Shown here in pieces: positions 47,084-55,871 of a stretch of DNA of 64,000 bases. The first letter of the stretch is position 1, and each line of letters starts with the position of its first letter. The position numbers and the translations under genes are program-made. Location: assembly GCA_902786465.1 (NCBI GenBank), contig CADACQ010000009.1:87501-151500 (forward strand), in the 5' to 3' direction. This DNA is from an uncultured Eubacteriales bacterium (GTDB lineage: Bacteria; Bacillota; Clostridia; Christensenellales; CAG-138). A model generated the notes under the pieces. That model was not told the DNA's origin and did no database searches. It saw only the letters and a list, made by a program, of their open reading frames with translations.

Positions 47084-48021
47084 ATGTTCACCACAGGCAC
47101 GTCCACCTTCCTCGCCACCAGCTCCTGGAAGGCGGCGGCATCGTAGGGCGCGCCGCAGGCGGAAAAGGGGTTCACGGTCACGGCGACGAGGGCGTTCTGT
47201 CGGCGGACCCGGAAGGAAATGCCCCGGGCCCGGAGCTTCTCGTAGTTCTCCCGGGACAGGAGCAGCCGGGTCCCGTCCTCCACGGCGATCTGCTTCGGAA
47301 GGGCTTTACGCCGCAACAAGGTCGCAGCCATGGCGTCCGTGAAGGCTCCCGTGGCGTACAGGATATCCCCCAGCCCCGCCAGGGCTTCCGCCAGCTCGTC
47401 GAACAGGGCCTCTCCCCGGGCGAAGCGGCGGCCCGCCATATCCGGCCAGGGACCGCTGACGGGCAGGGTCAAAAGCTGGGCCACGAAGGCCGTGTCCGCG
47501 GCGGTCTTCTCCATGTCCGGGCCGTAGCTGGCACCGGTAGAGAGGATCACCCCCTCCGCCGCCTCGGGGGCGCACAGGCTCCGGCGAAAGAGGGCGCCGT
47601 CGATGAGCACCTTCTCCGCCCCGAAGCCTTTGAGCTTCGCCGTCAGGGATACGATCTGCTCCGTCATGGAGGGGCCCGCCAGCTCCACGAATCCATCGGA
47701 CAGGGCCCGCAGGATCGCCACCTCACCGAGGGGCGTGTAGATGCCGGTCAGGTCCAATATCTCCCCCGTCACGTCGCACTTGGGGAGGAGCCCCCGGGCC
47801 GTGGCGAACAAAGTGCCCCCCGTCAGGTAGATGGGGGGCTTGTTGGTGCCGGTGATAAGATCCTCCCGCTCCCCGTCCCGGCCGATGGAGGTCAAGGCAA
47901 GGGAAACGCCCCGGGCCCCAGCGCCCTGAATGAGGGCGTTGAGCGCGGTGGTCTTCCCCGCGTTCTTGCACATCCCCGCGAGGCACAGGGTGGTATAGGG
48001 AGCGACGAGGTCAAAGAGCAT
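47059..48021 (-). CDS. P-loop protein, candidate aminomutase reactivase partner (KamB-like)
   Basis: 320 aa with an N-terminal P-loop, GMCKNAGKTT. It overlaps the MutS-like gene by 25 nt. Confidence 0.55.
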   Translation of the reverse strand: MLFDLVAPYTTLCLAGMCKNAGKTTALNALIQGAGARGVSLALTSIGRDGEREDLITGTNKPPIYLTGGTLFATARGLLPKCDVTGEILDLTGIYTPLGEVAILRALSDGFVELAGPSMTEQIVSLTAKLKGFGAEKVLIDGALFRRSLCAPEAAEGVILSTGASYGPDMEKTAADTAFVAQLLTLPVSGPWPDMAGRRFARGEALFDELAEALAGLGDILYATGAFTDAMAATLLRRKALPKQIAVEDGTRLLLSRENYEKLRARGISFRVRRQNALVAVTVNPFSACGAPYDAAAFQELVARKVDVPVVNIWEETQWN

Positions 48022-48024
48022 AGC

Positions 48025-48957
48025 TTATTTCCAGAGTTCGTCGGGATACAGGCCCGCGGCCTTCATCTCCCGGATGCTCTGCTGGAGGGCAGGCATGTCC
48101 TGCTTGTAGGTGACGCCGTGCCACTTGGCGGCGCAATGGAGCACCTTCACGCTGGCCTTGCCTTCGACGATCAGGTCGTTGGTGAGCCGGGGCACCAGGT
48201 ATTCGCACTTTAAGGGGTTCTTGGGCAGGTTCTCGTCCAGGAACGCGGGGAAGCGCTTCTCCGCCTCCTCCAGGAAATCGGGCATGTAGCCCCAGAAGTT
48301 CATGGACACGGTGTCGTCGGGATCGAGGGCCGTGTAGGTCTTCCCCTCGTCCTCGGTGAAAGCGATGCCGCCCTCCCGCTTCTCGATGCGCAGCCGCTCC
48401 GCGATGGAGGTCAGATAGTCGTTCTCGTCCACCACGCACACGCCCCGGGCCACGTGGCCGTTGTCGGTGACGGTGTTCTTCAAGAGGTAGCCCACCATGG
48501 CGTACTCGCCCTTCTTGTGGGGCTCCTTCAGGTAGTCGTAGATGGTCTTATAGGCTTCCCGGCCGTAGAAGTCGTCGGCGTTGATGACGGCGAAGGGGGC
48601 GTCGCCGATCAGGTCCTTGGCGGCCAGCACGGCGTGGGTGGTGCCCCAGGGCTTCACCCGGCCCTCGGGGACGCTGTAGCCCTCCGGCAGGGTGTTCATA
48701 TCCTGAAAGGCGTATTCAAGCTCCAGGAAGGGGCGGACGCGGCTGCCGATGACCTCCTCGAAGTCCTCGGCCATCTCCCGCTTAATGATGCACACGGCCT
48801 TCTCGAAGCCGGCCCGCTTGGCGTCGAACAGGGAGAAGTCCATGATCACGTGGCCTTCCTTGTCCACCGGGTCCATCTGCTTCAAGCCGCCGTACCGGCT
48901 GCCCATGCCGGCTGCCATGATGACGAGAATGGGTTTCTTCATTTCCAATACCTCCAA
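48025..48957 (-). CDS. Sugar-phosphate nucleotidyltransferase family protein
   Basis: 310 aa with the N-terminal signature ILVIMAAGMGSRYGGLKQ (a G-x-G-S/T-R type nucleotidyltransferase loop). It lies downstream of galK. Confidence 0.7.
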   Translation of the reverse strand: MEVLEMKKPILVIMAAGMGSRYGGLKQMDPVDKEGHVIMDFSLFDAKRAGFEKAVCIIKREMAEDFEEVIGSRVRPFLELEYAFQDMNTLPEGYSVPEGRVKPWGTTHAVLAAKDLIGDAPFAVINADDFYGREAYKTIYDYLKEPHKKGEYAMVGYLLKNTVTDNGHVARGVCVVDENDYLTSIAERLRIEKREGGIAFTEDEGKTYTALDPDDTVSMNFWGYMPDFLEEAEKRFPAFLDENLPKNPLKCEYLVPRLTNDLIVEGKASVKVLHCAAKWHGVTYKQDMPALQQSIREMKAAGLYPDELWK

Positions 48958-48989
48958 ATCGTTTTTATGTGATGTGTTTGATCCCGTTT

Positions 48990-50156
48990 TTACAGTTCTC
49001 GGGGACCGCCCCCGATGCTAGCCACGTAGAAGGCACAGGGATAGCCGATGGCCGCTTCATATGCGGCGCCGACCTTCTCCATGACGGCGTCCACAGCGTC
49101 CCTGTTCACGATGGCCACGGCGCAGCCGCCGAAGCCTGCCCCGGTCATCCGGGCCCCCAGGACCCCGGGGCGCTTCCTTGCCTCGTCCACCAGGGTGTCG
49201 AGCTCCTTGCAGGACACGGCGTACAGGTCCCGCAGGGAGTCGTGGGAGGCGTCCATGAGCCGGCCAAAGGAGATGAGGTCCCCCTGCCGCAGCTTCTTGC
49301 AGGCCTCCACGGTCCGGGCGCACTCATAGACCACGTGCTCCGCCCGGTTTCGTTCCGTCTCGTTTTCGATCAGCTGCTTGTTGGCTTCGAAGGTACGAAG
49401 GTCCACCGAGGCCAAATCCTTCACGTTCAGGACCTTCTGCAGGGCCTTCAGGGCGCTTTCGCACTCTGAACGGCGCTCGTTGTACTTGGAGTCCGCCAGG
49501 GTGCGGCGCTTGCAGGTGTTCATGATGAGGATCACGTTGTCGCCCAGCTCCACAGGCACGTACTCGTAGCTCAGGGTGCCGGTGTTCAGGAACACGGCGG
49601 AGTCCTCCTGCCCAAGAGCGATGCTGAACTGGTCCATGATGCCGCTGTTGAGGCCGATGAACCCGTTCTCCGCCCGCTGGCCCAACAGCGCCAGCTCCAC
49701 GTTGGTCACATCGAGATCGTAGCAGGCCCGAAAGGCTTCCCCCGCCACCATCTCCAAGGACGCGGAGGAGGACAGGCCTGAGCCGTTGGGGATGTTTCCA
49801 TAGATCAAAAGCTCGAAGCCGGAATTGAGCACGATCCCCCGCTCCCCCAGGGCGAACAGCATGCCCAGCACGTAGTTGGTCCACTGGTTCCGCTCGTGGA
49901 AGCGGACGCTGCGCAGCGTCCCCTCCAGCACCCCCGCCTGGGGGAAGTTCAGGGAGTAGAACCGGAGCCGATCGTCGGCCCGGCGGCGGAGCAGGCCCCA
50001 GGTGCCCATGGTCAGGGCGCAGGGCAGCACGTGGCCGCCGTTGTAGTCCACGTGCTCGCCGATCAGGTTCACCCGGCCGCCGGCGAAGAAGACGCGGGGC
50101 TCGGCCCCGGGGCCGAAGGCCTCGTAGAAGGATCGGATCAATTCCCCTTTGGTCAT
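48990..50156 (-). CDS. galK: Galactokinase
   Basis: 388 aa with GRVNLIGEHVDYNGG and the GHMP motifs PNGSGLSSSA and GAGFGGC. Confidence 0.95.
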   Translation of the reverse strand: MTKGELIRSFYEAFGPGAEPRVFFAGGRVNLIGEHVDYNGGHVLPCALTMGTWGLLRRRADDRLRFYSLNFPQAGVLEGTLRSVRFHERNQWTNYVLGMLFALGERGIVLNSGFELLIYGNIPNGSGLSSSASLEMVAGEAFRACYDLDVTNVELALLGQRAENGFIGLNSGIMDQFSIALGQEDSAVFLNTGTLSYEYVPVELGDNVILIMNTCKRRTLADSKYNERRSECESALKALQKVLNVKDLASVDLRTFEANKQLIENETERNRAEHVVYECARTVEACKKLRQGDLISFGRLMDASHDSLRDLYAVSCKELDTLVDEARKRPGVLGARMTGAGFGGCAVAIVNRDAVDAVMEKVGAAYEAAIGYPCAFYVASIGGGPREL

Positions 50157-52423
50157 GCTTCCACTCCTTTGATATAGTACAGCTCCGAGCCGAAGTCGCT
50201 CAGCATCCGGATATCCTTGTTGTAGCCCGTGCCGATGAACCGGGTGTTGAGAGGCACCCCCTCATTGAGGGCCCGGCCCGTGGCGGTGAAGGTGGCCTCC
50301 CCGTCGGGGAGCATGAAAAACTTGTCGATGGTGCGGATGATGAAGCCGCCCTTCTTAAGGCTCACCGGGGCCACGTGCTTCAGGAGGCTTGCCAGGGGGC
50401 CCACCCGGACGCCCTTGGTCTGCCGCTCCACGGCGTAGGTCCTGTCAGGGTCCAGCCCCGGCACCCGCAGCACGTCCGCCGGCGCGGCGGCCTCGTTGTC
50501 CATGAGGAAGCGGGCGGCCATGGCCTCCTTCTCCCCCAGGGCCACCCAGGTCTCCATGCCGTTCTGACGGCCCAGGCGCTGGAAGCGGCCGAACTGGAAG
50601 GTCTTGCGGTGGGCCTTGTAGAAGGCCATGTCCTTCTTCGCTTCCTTCTTCTCCGCAGTGGTCAGGGTCCCAAGGTCCATCTCCCAGCCCAATGCCCCGA
50701 AGGCGGAGGTGTGGAAGCGGGTGGAAAGAGGCGTTTCCCGGAGGGTCTGCTGGTGGGGCGCCTCGGAGATATGGGCCCCCATGGTGGATATGGGATACAG
50801 GTAGGAGAGCCCGCCCTGGATCTTCACCCGTTCGATGGCGTCCGTGTCGTCGCTGGCCCAGATCTGCTGGCTGTAGCACAGCATGCCCAGGTCGAACCGA
50901 TTGCCGCCGGAGGAGCAGCTTTCAAAGAGGATGTGGGGCCGGGGATAGAAGATGCGGCCCAGCACGTCGTAGAGCCCCTTGATGTACTCGTGGAAGAAGG
51001 CCCCGTTCTCGCAGAAGGGGGAGTACATGTCGGACATATGCCGGTTCATGTCCCACTTCACGTAGGCGATGTTGGAGCTGTCCAAAATGCGGCTCACGTT
51101 CTCCACGATATAGTCCCGGACCGCCGGGTTCACCAAATCCAGCAGGAGCTGGTTCCGGCCGTAGGAGGGCTTCCGGTTCGGCAGCTTCACCGCCCAGTCG
51201 GGATGGGCCCGGTAGAGGTCGCTGTTCTCGTTGACGCTCTCCGGCTCCACCCAGAGGCCGAAGCTCATGCCCAGCTTGTTGATCTTCGCGCAGAGGCCCT
51301 CCAGGCCGTGAGGCAGCTTCTTTTTGTCCACGGTGTAATCCCCGAGCCCCCCCTTGTCGTCGTTCCGGCCCTGGAACCAGCCGTCGTCCAGGACGAACAG
51401 TTCAGCGCCCGCCTTCTTCGCCCGCTTGGCCAGGGAGAGGAGCTTCCTCTCCCGAAAGGAAAAAAAACAGGCTTCCCAATCGTTGCAGAGCACCGGCCGT
51501 TCCTTTCCCTTCCAATCGCCCCGGATCACGTGGCCGTTGATCATGACCCCCTCCGGCGTCTCGAAGGATGCGCCGGGGGCCAGGGTATAGCGGAAGCACC
51601 GGGGGGTGATCCCCGCCATGACCCGGACGAGGCCGTTCTCCGCCTTCTCCACGGCGGTGTAGTGGTTGCCGCTGTAGAGGAGGTTGAAGCCCCAGCAGCG
51701 CCCCTGCTCCTCAGAGCAATGGGCTTCGGAAAGGAGCACGCCCGGGTTGTGCTTGTGGCCGGAGGCGCCGGTGCTGCCCTCGTTCACGTAGATGCCGGAC
51801 ATAACGGGCCGATCGTGGCGCCGGGCTTCCCGTATCCAGCCGCCGTCGAAGGTGGTGAAGGTGAGCTCGGCGGCAGGCACCAGGTCCAGCATGTAGCTCA
51901 TAAGCTTGTCGATTATCACGGGGGCCTCTCCCCCGTTCTTCAGCACCGCCCGGCGGGTGATCACGTCCTCATGGGGATAGACCGTGTAGACCAGGTCCAA
52001 CGTCACGGGGGCCTCCTTCTCCTTCAGATGGAGGATCAGGGTCTCGGCGTCGTCGCCGTAGGCCGTGGGCAGGGTCTCCATGGGCAAGGGGCCGTCCTTC
52101 CGCTCGTGGGATTCGTAGACGAAATCGTTGGTGAAAGCGCCGTCGGGGAGGGTCAGCTCCGCGGGCGGGTTCCGAAAATCGCCCTTGCCCACGCCGCTCC
52201 ATTCGAGGGCCAGATCGTCCAGGCAGTAGGTGTCGCTGCTCTCGTCGTATAGGATGGAGGAGCCCCGGGCGATGGTGGTCTTGGCCGCCAGGGCCCCCCC
52301 GTCCGCCAGGGACACGGGGCCGCCGTAGTGAAGGTGTTCGAGATGACCGAAGGGGGTCACCCGAAAGAGGTAGGCGGTGTGGTCCGTGGCCAAGCGGAAA
52401 ACTTTGTCGCTGCATTCGATCAT
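50153..52423 (-). CDS. GH36 alpha-galactosidase (with apparent internal in-frame deletion, see findings)
   Basis: 756 aa: ...KERPVLCNDWEACFFSF..., FVLDDGWF, YVKWDMNR, CSSGGNRFD. Confidence 0.9.
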   Translation of the reverse strand: MIECSDKVFRLATDHTAYLFRVTPFGHLEHLHYGGPVSLADGGALAAKTTIARGSSILYDESSDTYCLDDLALEWSGVGKGDFRNPPAELTLPDGAFTNDFVYESHERKDGPLPMETLPTAYGDDAETLILHLKEKEAPVTLDLVYTVYPHEDVITRRAVLKNGGEAPVIIDKLMSYMLDLVPAAELTFTTFDGGWIREARRHDRPVMSGIYVNEGSTGASGHKHNPGVLLSEAHCSEEQGRCWGFNLLYSGNHYTAVEKAENGLVRVMAGITPRCFRYTLAPGASFETPEGVMINGHVIRGDWKGKERPVLCNDWEACFFSFRERKLLSLAKRAKKAGAELFVLDDGWFQGRNDDKGGLGDYTVDKKKLPHGLEGLCAKINKLGMSFGLWVEPESVNENSDLYRAHPDWAVKLPNRKPSYGRNQLLLDLVNPAVRDYIVENVSRILDSSNIAYVKWDMNRHMSDMYSPFCENGAFFHEYIKGLYDVLGRIFYPRPHILFESCSSGGNRFDLGMLCYSQQIWASDDTDAIERVKIQGGLSYLYPISTMGAHISEAPHQQTLRETPLSTRFHTSAFGALGWEMDLGTLTTAEKKEAKKDMAFYKAHRKTFQFGRFQRLGRQNGMETWVALGEKEAMAARFLMDNEAAAPADVLRVPGLDPDRTYAVERQTKGVRVGPLASLLKHVAPVSLKKGGFIIRTIDKFFMLPDGEATFTATGRALNEGVPLNTRFIGTGYNKDIRMLSDFGSELYYIKGVEA

Positions 52424-52462
52424 GGTCTTTCTCCTTATGTCAAATACTTGGGTATGGAAAAC

Positions 52463-54067
52463 TTATTTTTCTTCGATCAGCACCGCTTCCCAGGGCTGAA
52501 GCTCACAGTCCAGCTCCTTGGTGCCGTGGGTGGAGAGGACGGGATAGCCCACCAGGGGGAGCTTCACGGGCTTTGGCGACCAGTTCACCGCCACGATGAC
52601 CCGCTCATCCCCCAGCCGCCGTTCGATCTTGATCCAGTCCTTCTCCCGGCTGATGAGGCGGAAGCGGCCCTGCTTCAGCACGTCGCTGCCGTTCCGGTAA
52701 GCCATGAGGGTGCGGAACCAGTTCAGCACGGAGTCGGGGTCGTTTTCCTCCGTCTCGGCGTTTATGGTCACGTGGTTGCCGTTGACCTTGATCCAGGGGG
52801 TGCCGCTGGTGAAGCCGCCCTCCGGGCCGGGGGTCCACTGCATGGGGGTCCGGGCGTTGTCCCGGCTGGCCTTCTTCATGCGCTCGAAGATCCGTTTGTC
52901 GTTGAGGCCCAGCTTTTTCAATGTGGGGACCATGTTCTTGGACTCCACATCCTGGATGTCGTCCATGGAGGTGAAGTCGAAGTTGGTCATGCCCAGCTCC
53001 TCCCCCTGGTAGACGAAGGGGGTGCCCCGAAGGGTGAGGAGCAGGGTCAGGATGGCCTTGGCGGAAGCCGGGCTGTCGTCCCCGAAGCGGGACACGGACC
53101 GGGGCTGGTCGTGGTTCTCCAGGTAGACCGCGTTCCAGGGCAGCTTTTTCTGCCACTTGACGAGGCTCCTGAAGAGCCGCTGGGGTTTGAACTTCCGGGG
53201 CAGCCACTTGACGAGGAAGCAGTCCGCGTTCATATGCTCGAAGGAGAACACCATGTCCAGCTCGCCCCGGCCGGGGTCCGTCAGCTCCCGGGCCTTCCGG
53301 GGGGACACCAGCACGGTCTCGCCCACGGTGAAGCAGTCGTATTTAGAGAGGACCTCCCGGCGGAACCGCTGGAGGAGCTCATGGCAGCCGGGGCGGCCGA
53401 TGTAGTATTCGCTGCCCACCAGGGCGCCCTTGGGGAAGCCGTTCTTCAGGCTGTCCTTCCAGAGAAGGTTGATGACGTCGCATCGAAAGCCGGACACGCC
53501 CCGGGCGAGCCAGAAGTCCATGACCCGCTCCACCGCGTCGATGACGACGGGGTTCCGATAGTTGAGGTCCGGCTGGCCCTTGGCGAAGAGGTGCAAATAC
53601 CACTGCCCCCGGACTTCGTCGAAGGCCCAGGCTCCGCCGCCGAAGAAGCTGGTCCAGTTGTTGGGGGGCCGCTTGCCGTTCCCATCCCGCCAGATGTAGA
53701 AATCCTCGTAGGGGGCTTCCCGGCGGCGGCTCTTCTGGAACCATTCGTGCTGATCGGAGGTATGGTTGATGACCAGGTCCATGACGATCCGAAGGCCCAG
53801 GGCGTTGGCCTTTTGGATCAATTCGTCCATATCGGCCAAGGTGCCGAACTTGGGGTCGATATCGCAGTAATCGGAGATATCGTAGCCGTTGTCCTCGCCG
53901 GGGGAGCGATAGACCGGGGAGAGCCAGAGGATGCCCACCCCCAGGGATTTGATATAGGGGAGCTTGGAGATGATGCCGGGGATGTCGCCCATGCCGTCGC
54001 CGTTGCTGTCGCAATAGCTCATGGGATAGATCTGATAGACTGCCTGTTCCTTCCACCACTTCTCCAT
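52463..54067 (-). CDS. GH13 alpha-glucosidase / oligo-1,6-glucosidase family
   Basis: Trimmed to the ATG at 54067 after AAGGAGGG. It reads MEKWWKEQAVYQIYPMSY.DSNGDG.GD, with DLVINHTS, GFRCDVINL, VGE and ENHDQPR. Confidence 0.9.
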   Translation of the reverse strand: MEKWWKEQAVYQIYPMSYCDSNGDGMGDIPGIISKLPYIKSLGVGILWLSPVYRSPGEDNGYDISDYCDIDPKFGTLADMDELIQKANALGLRIVMDLVINHTSDQHEWFQKSRRREAPYEDFYIWRDGNGKRPPNNWTSFFGGGAWAFDEVRGQWYLHLFAKGQPDLNYRNPVVIDAVERVMDFWLARGVSGFRCDVINLLWKDSLKNGFPKGALVGSEYYIGRPGCHELLQRFRREVLSKYDCFTVGETVLVSPRKARELTDPGRGELDMVFSFEHMNADCFLVKWLPRKFKPQRLFRSLVKWQKKLPWNAVYLENHDQPRSVSRFGDDSPASAKAILTLLLTLRGTPFVYQGEELGMTNFDFTSMDDIQDVESKNMVPTLKKLGLNDKRIFERMKKASRDNARTPMQWTPGPEGGFTSGTPWIKVNGNHVTINAETEENDPDSVLNWFRTLMAYRNGSDVLKQGRFRLISREKDWIKIERRLGDERVIVAVNWSPKPVKLPLVGYPVLSTHGTKELDCELQPWEAVLIEEK

Positions 54068-54081
54068 AGGTCCCTCCTTGT

Positions 54082-54972
54082 TTATGCGTACACTGTGACC
54101 AGATACTTGGGGATGAGCTCGATGGGCTTGTAGTTCAGCTTGCTGTAGCGGATGCCCTCGTCCCCGGCGTCGTCCTCCCGGTTCACGTAGGTAAAGCCCG
54201 TGCCCATGAAGTTCACGAAGGCCTGGGCCATGGCCGGATAGGCGCCGGAGGCGTTCACGTCCGCCTTCTCCGCGTGGGCGAAGAGGGTGTCCCCCTTGAT
54301 CTCGCCTACGGAAAGGGCCGTGATCCCCAGCCGGGTCACGAGACAGGCCGCCCGCTGGTTCAGCTTGCAGGCGATCTCTATGAGGTCCATGGTGCCCTTG
54401 AGCTCGTTTCGCTCCACCTCGCTCATCTCCGGGTGCTCCGCCTCGATCCGCTCCAGAAAGGCGATGCACTCCGGGAACATATCCTCGGTGATCTCCCGGC
54501 ACTCCGCCTCGGGGTACTCCTTGTAGAACCGGTTTACGTGGTTCTTCTGGCTGTGATGCTTCTTGCCGCTGAAGGTGCGGAAGCTGTCCGCCTCATAGAG
54601 ATAGTCGAACCAGTCCCGCTTCTCCTCCGCGATATACAGATTTCCGTATCGCGCTTCGATGAGGGGCAGCTGATCCGCCCCCACGCAGGCAAAGCGCAGC
54701 TCCTCGCCCAGTTCCCTGGCGTCCTGCTCGGCAATGGCGAAGCCTTCGTTCACGTCCCCCGGACCCACGGGCACGGAATAGCACGGGCCGATATGCTTAT
54801 ATACGGACCGCGTCACCAGCGTTCCCCCGGCGATGGCGAAATGGGTCTGAAAGATGTTGCGCCACTGGAAGGTGACCCCCGCCGTGTTGTCGCAAATTCG
54901 ATTGGTACAGGCAGAAAAATAAGGCTCCATCGCCTCGATGTTCCGACAGCTCACCGGTGAAAAAACGCTCAT
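54082..54972 (-). CDS. DUF2156 (lysyl-PG synthase C-terminal-domain-like) soluble protein
   Basis: Trimmed to the ATG at 54972, giving 296 aa. The ...FSGKKHHSQKNHVNRFYKEYPE... pattern resembles the aminoacyl-transferase (GNAT-like) domain. There are no TM segments. Confidence 0.6.
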   Translation of the reverse strand: MSVFSPVSCRNIEAMEPYFSACTNRICDNTAGVTFQWRNIFQTHFAIAGGTLVTRSVYKHIGPCYSVPVGPGDVNEGFAIAEQDARELGEELRFACVGADQLPLIEARYGNLYIAEEKRDWFDYLYEADSFRTFSGKKHHSQKNHVNRFYKEYPEAECREITEDMFPECIAFLERIEAEHPEMSEVERNELKGTMDLIEIACKLNQRAACLVTRLGITALSVGEIKGDTLFAHAEKADVNASGAYPAMAQAFVNFMGTGFTYVNREDDAGDEGIRYSKLNYKPIELIPKYLVTVYA

Positions 54973-55079
54973 GCTTCCCCCGACCGAGGGCCTCCTCCTC
55001 CGGGCCCGCCCAGGCGGGTCCCTTTGGCAGTAAGTATACCAAAGAAACCGGGTTTTGTGAAGAGCTTCACAGCTTTTCC

Positions 55080-55108
55080 TTGACGGTATGCAAAAAAACG
55101 CATACAAT
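55080..55108 (+). promoter_or_regulatory. Sigma-A-like promoter of the HAD gene with embedded palindrome
   Basis: TTGACG - 17 nt - TACAAT. The spacer contains the inverted repeat GTATGC-aaaaaaac-GCATAC. Confidence 0.45.
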
Positions 55109-55146
55109 AGGGAAAATGATTTATCCTCTTACCGAAAGGATACCCT

Positions 55147-55812
55147 ATGCAGCTGATCGCCTTTGATCTGGACGGCACGTTGTGCAACACCATTGAAGAT
55201 ATCGCCGGTTCCCTGAACCGTTCCCTGGAAAAGCACGGCATCGACCCCTATCCCCTGCCCGTGGTGCAGAACATGGTGGGCCGGAGCGTGGCCTATATGT
55301 GCCAGCGGGCCATGCCCCACGGCCGGGAGAACGACTGGAAGCCGGTGATGGACAGTTTCTTTGAGGACTACACCCATCACTCCCTGGACCATACCCGCCC
55401 CTACCCCGGCGTGACGGAGACCCTGCGGGCCCTGAAGGACCGGGGGTATCTCCTGGCCGTGGTGACCAACAAGCCTCACGCCCACGCGGTGCATATGATC
55501 TCGGAGCTGTTCCCACCCCACGGGGACCTGTTCTGCCAGGTCCAGGGCCAGAACAGCAAGTTCACGCTGAAGCCCCACCCCGCCAGTTTGCAGTTCGTTT
55601 TGGACATGCAAAAGGTGAAGAACGCCAACGCCGTCTACGTGGGGGATTCGGAGGTGGATTTCCAGTTCGCCCGCAACGGCGGCCTCCACTTCTGCGGCGT
55701 CAGCTGGGGGTTCAAGGGCCGCCCCTTCCTGGAGAACCTGAACAGCGAATTCGTCATCGATGAGCCCCGGGAGCTCCTCGCCGTCATGGACAAGCTGGAG
55801 AAGGAAAACTGA
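55147..55812 (+). CDS. HAD-family hydrolase (phosphoglycolate phosphatase-like)
   Basis: 221 aa with motif I FDLDGTL, VTNK, and GDSEVD. Confidence 0.85.
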   Translation: MQLIAFDLDGTLCNTIEDIAGSLNRSLEKHGIDPYPLPVVQNMVGRSVAYMCQRAMPHGRENDWKPVMDSFFEDYTHHSLDHTRPYPGVTETLRALKDRGYLLAVVTNKPHAHAVHMISELFPPHGDLFCQVQGQNSKFTLKPHPASLQFVLDMQKVKNANAVYVGDSEVDFQFARNGGLHFCGVSWGFKGRPFLENLNSEFVIDEPRELLAVMDKLEKEN

Positions 55813-55822
55813 ACGGTATACG

Positions 55823-55854
55823 AAAACGGAGAAAGTCGCGGCTTTCTCCGTTTT
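55823..55854. terminator. Bidirectional terminator between convergent genes
   Basis: AAAACGGAGAAAG-tcgcgg-CTTTCTCCGTTTT. Confidence 0.65.
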
Positions 55855-55871
55855 GATCTCATACTGCGGCG

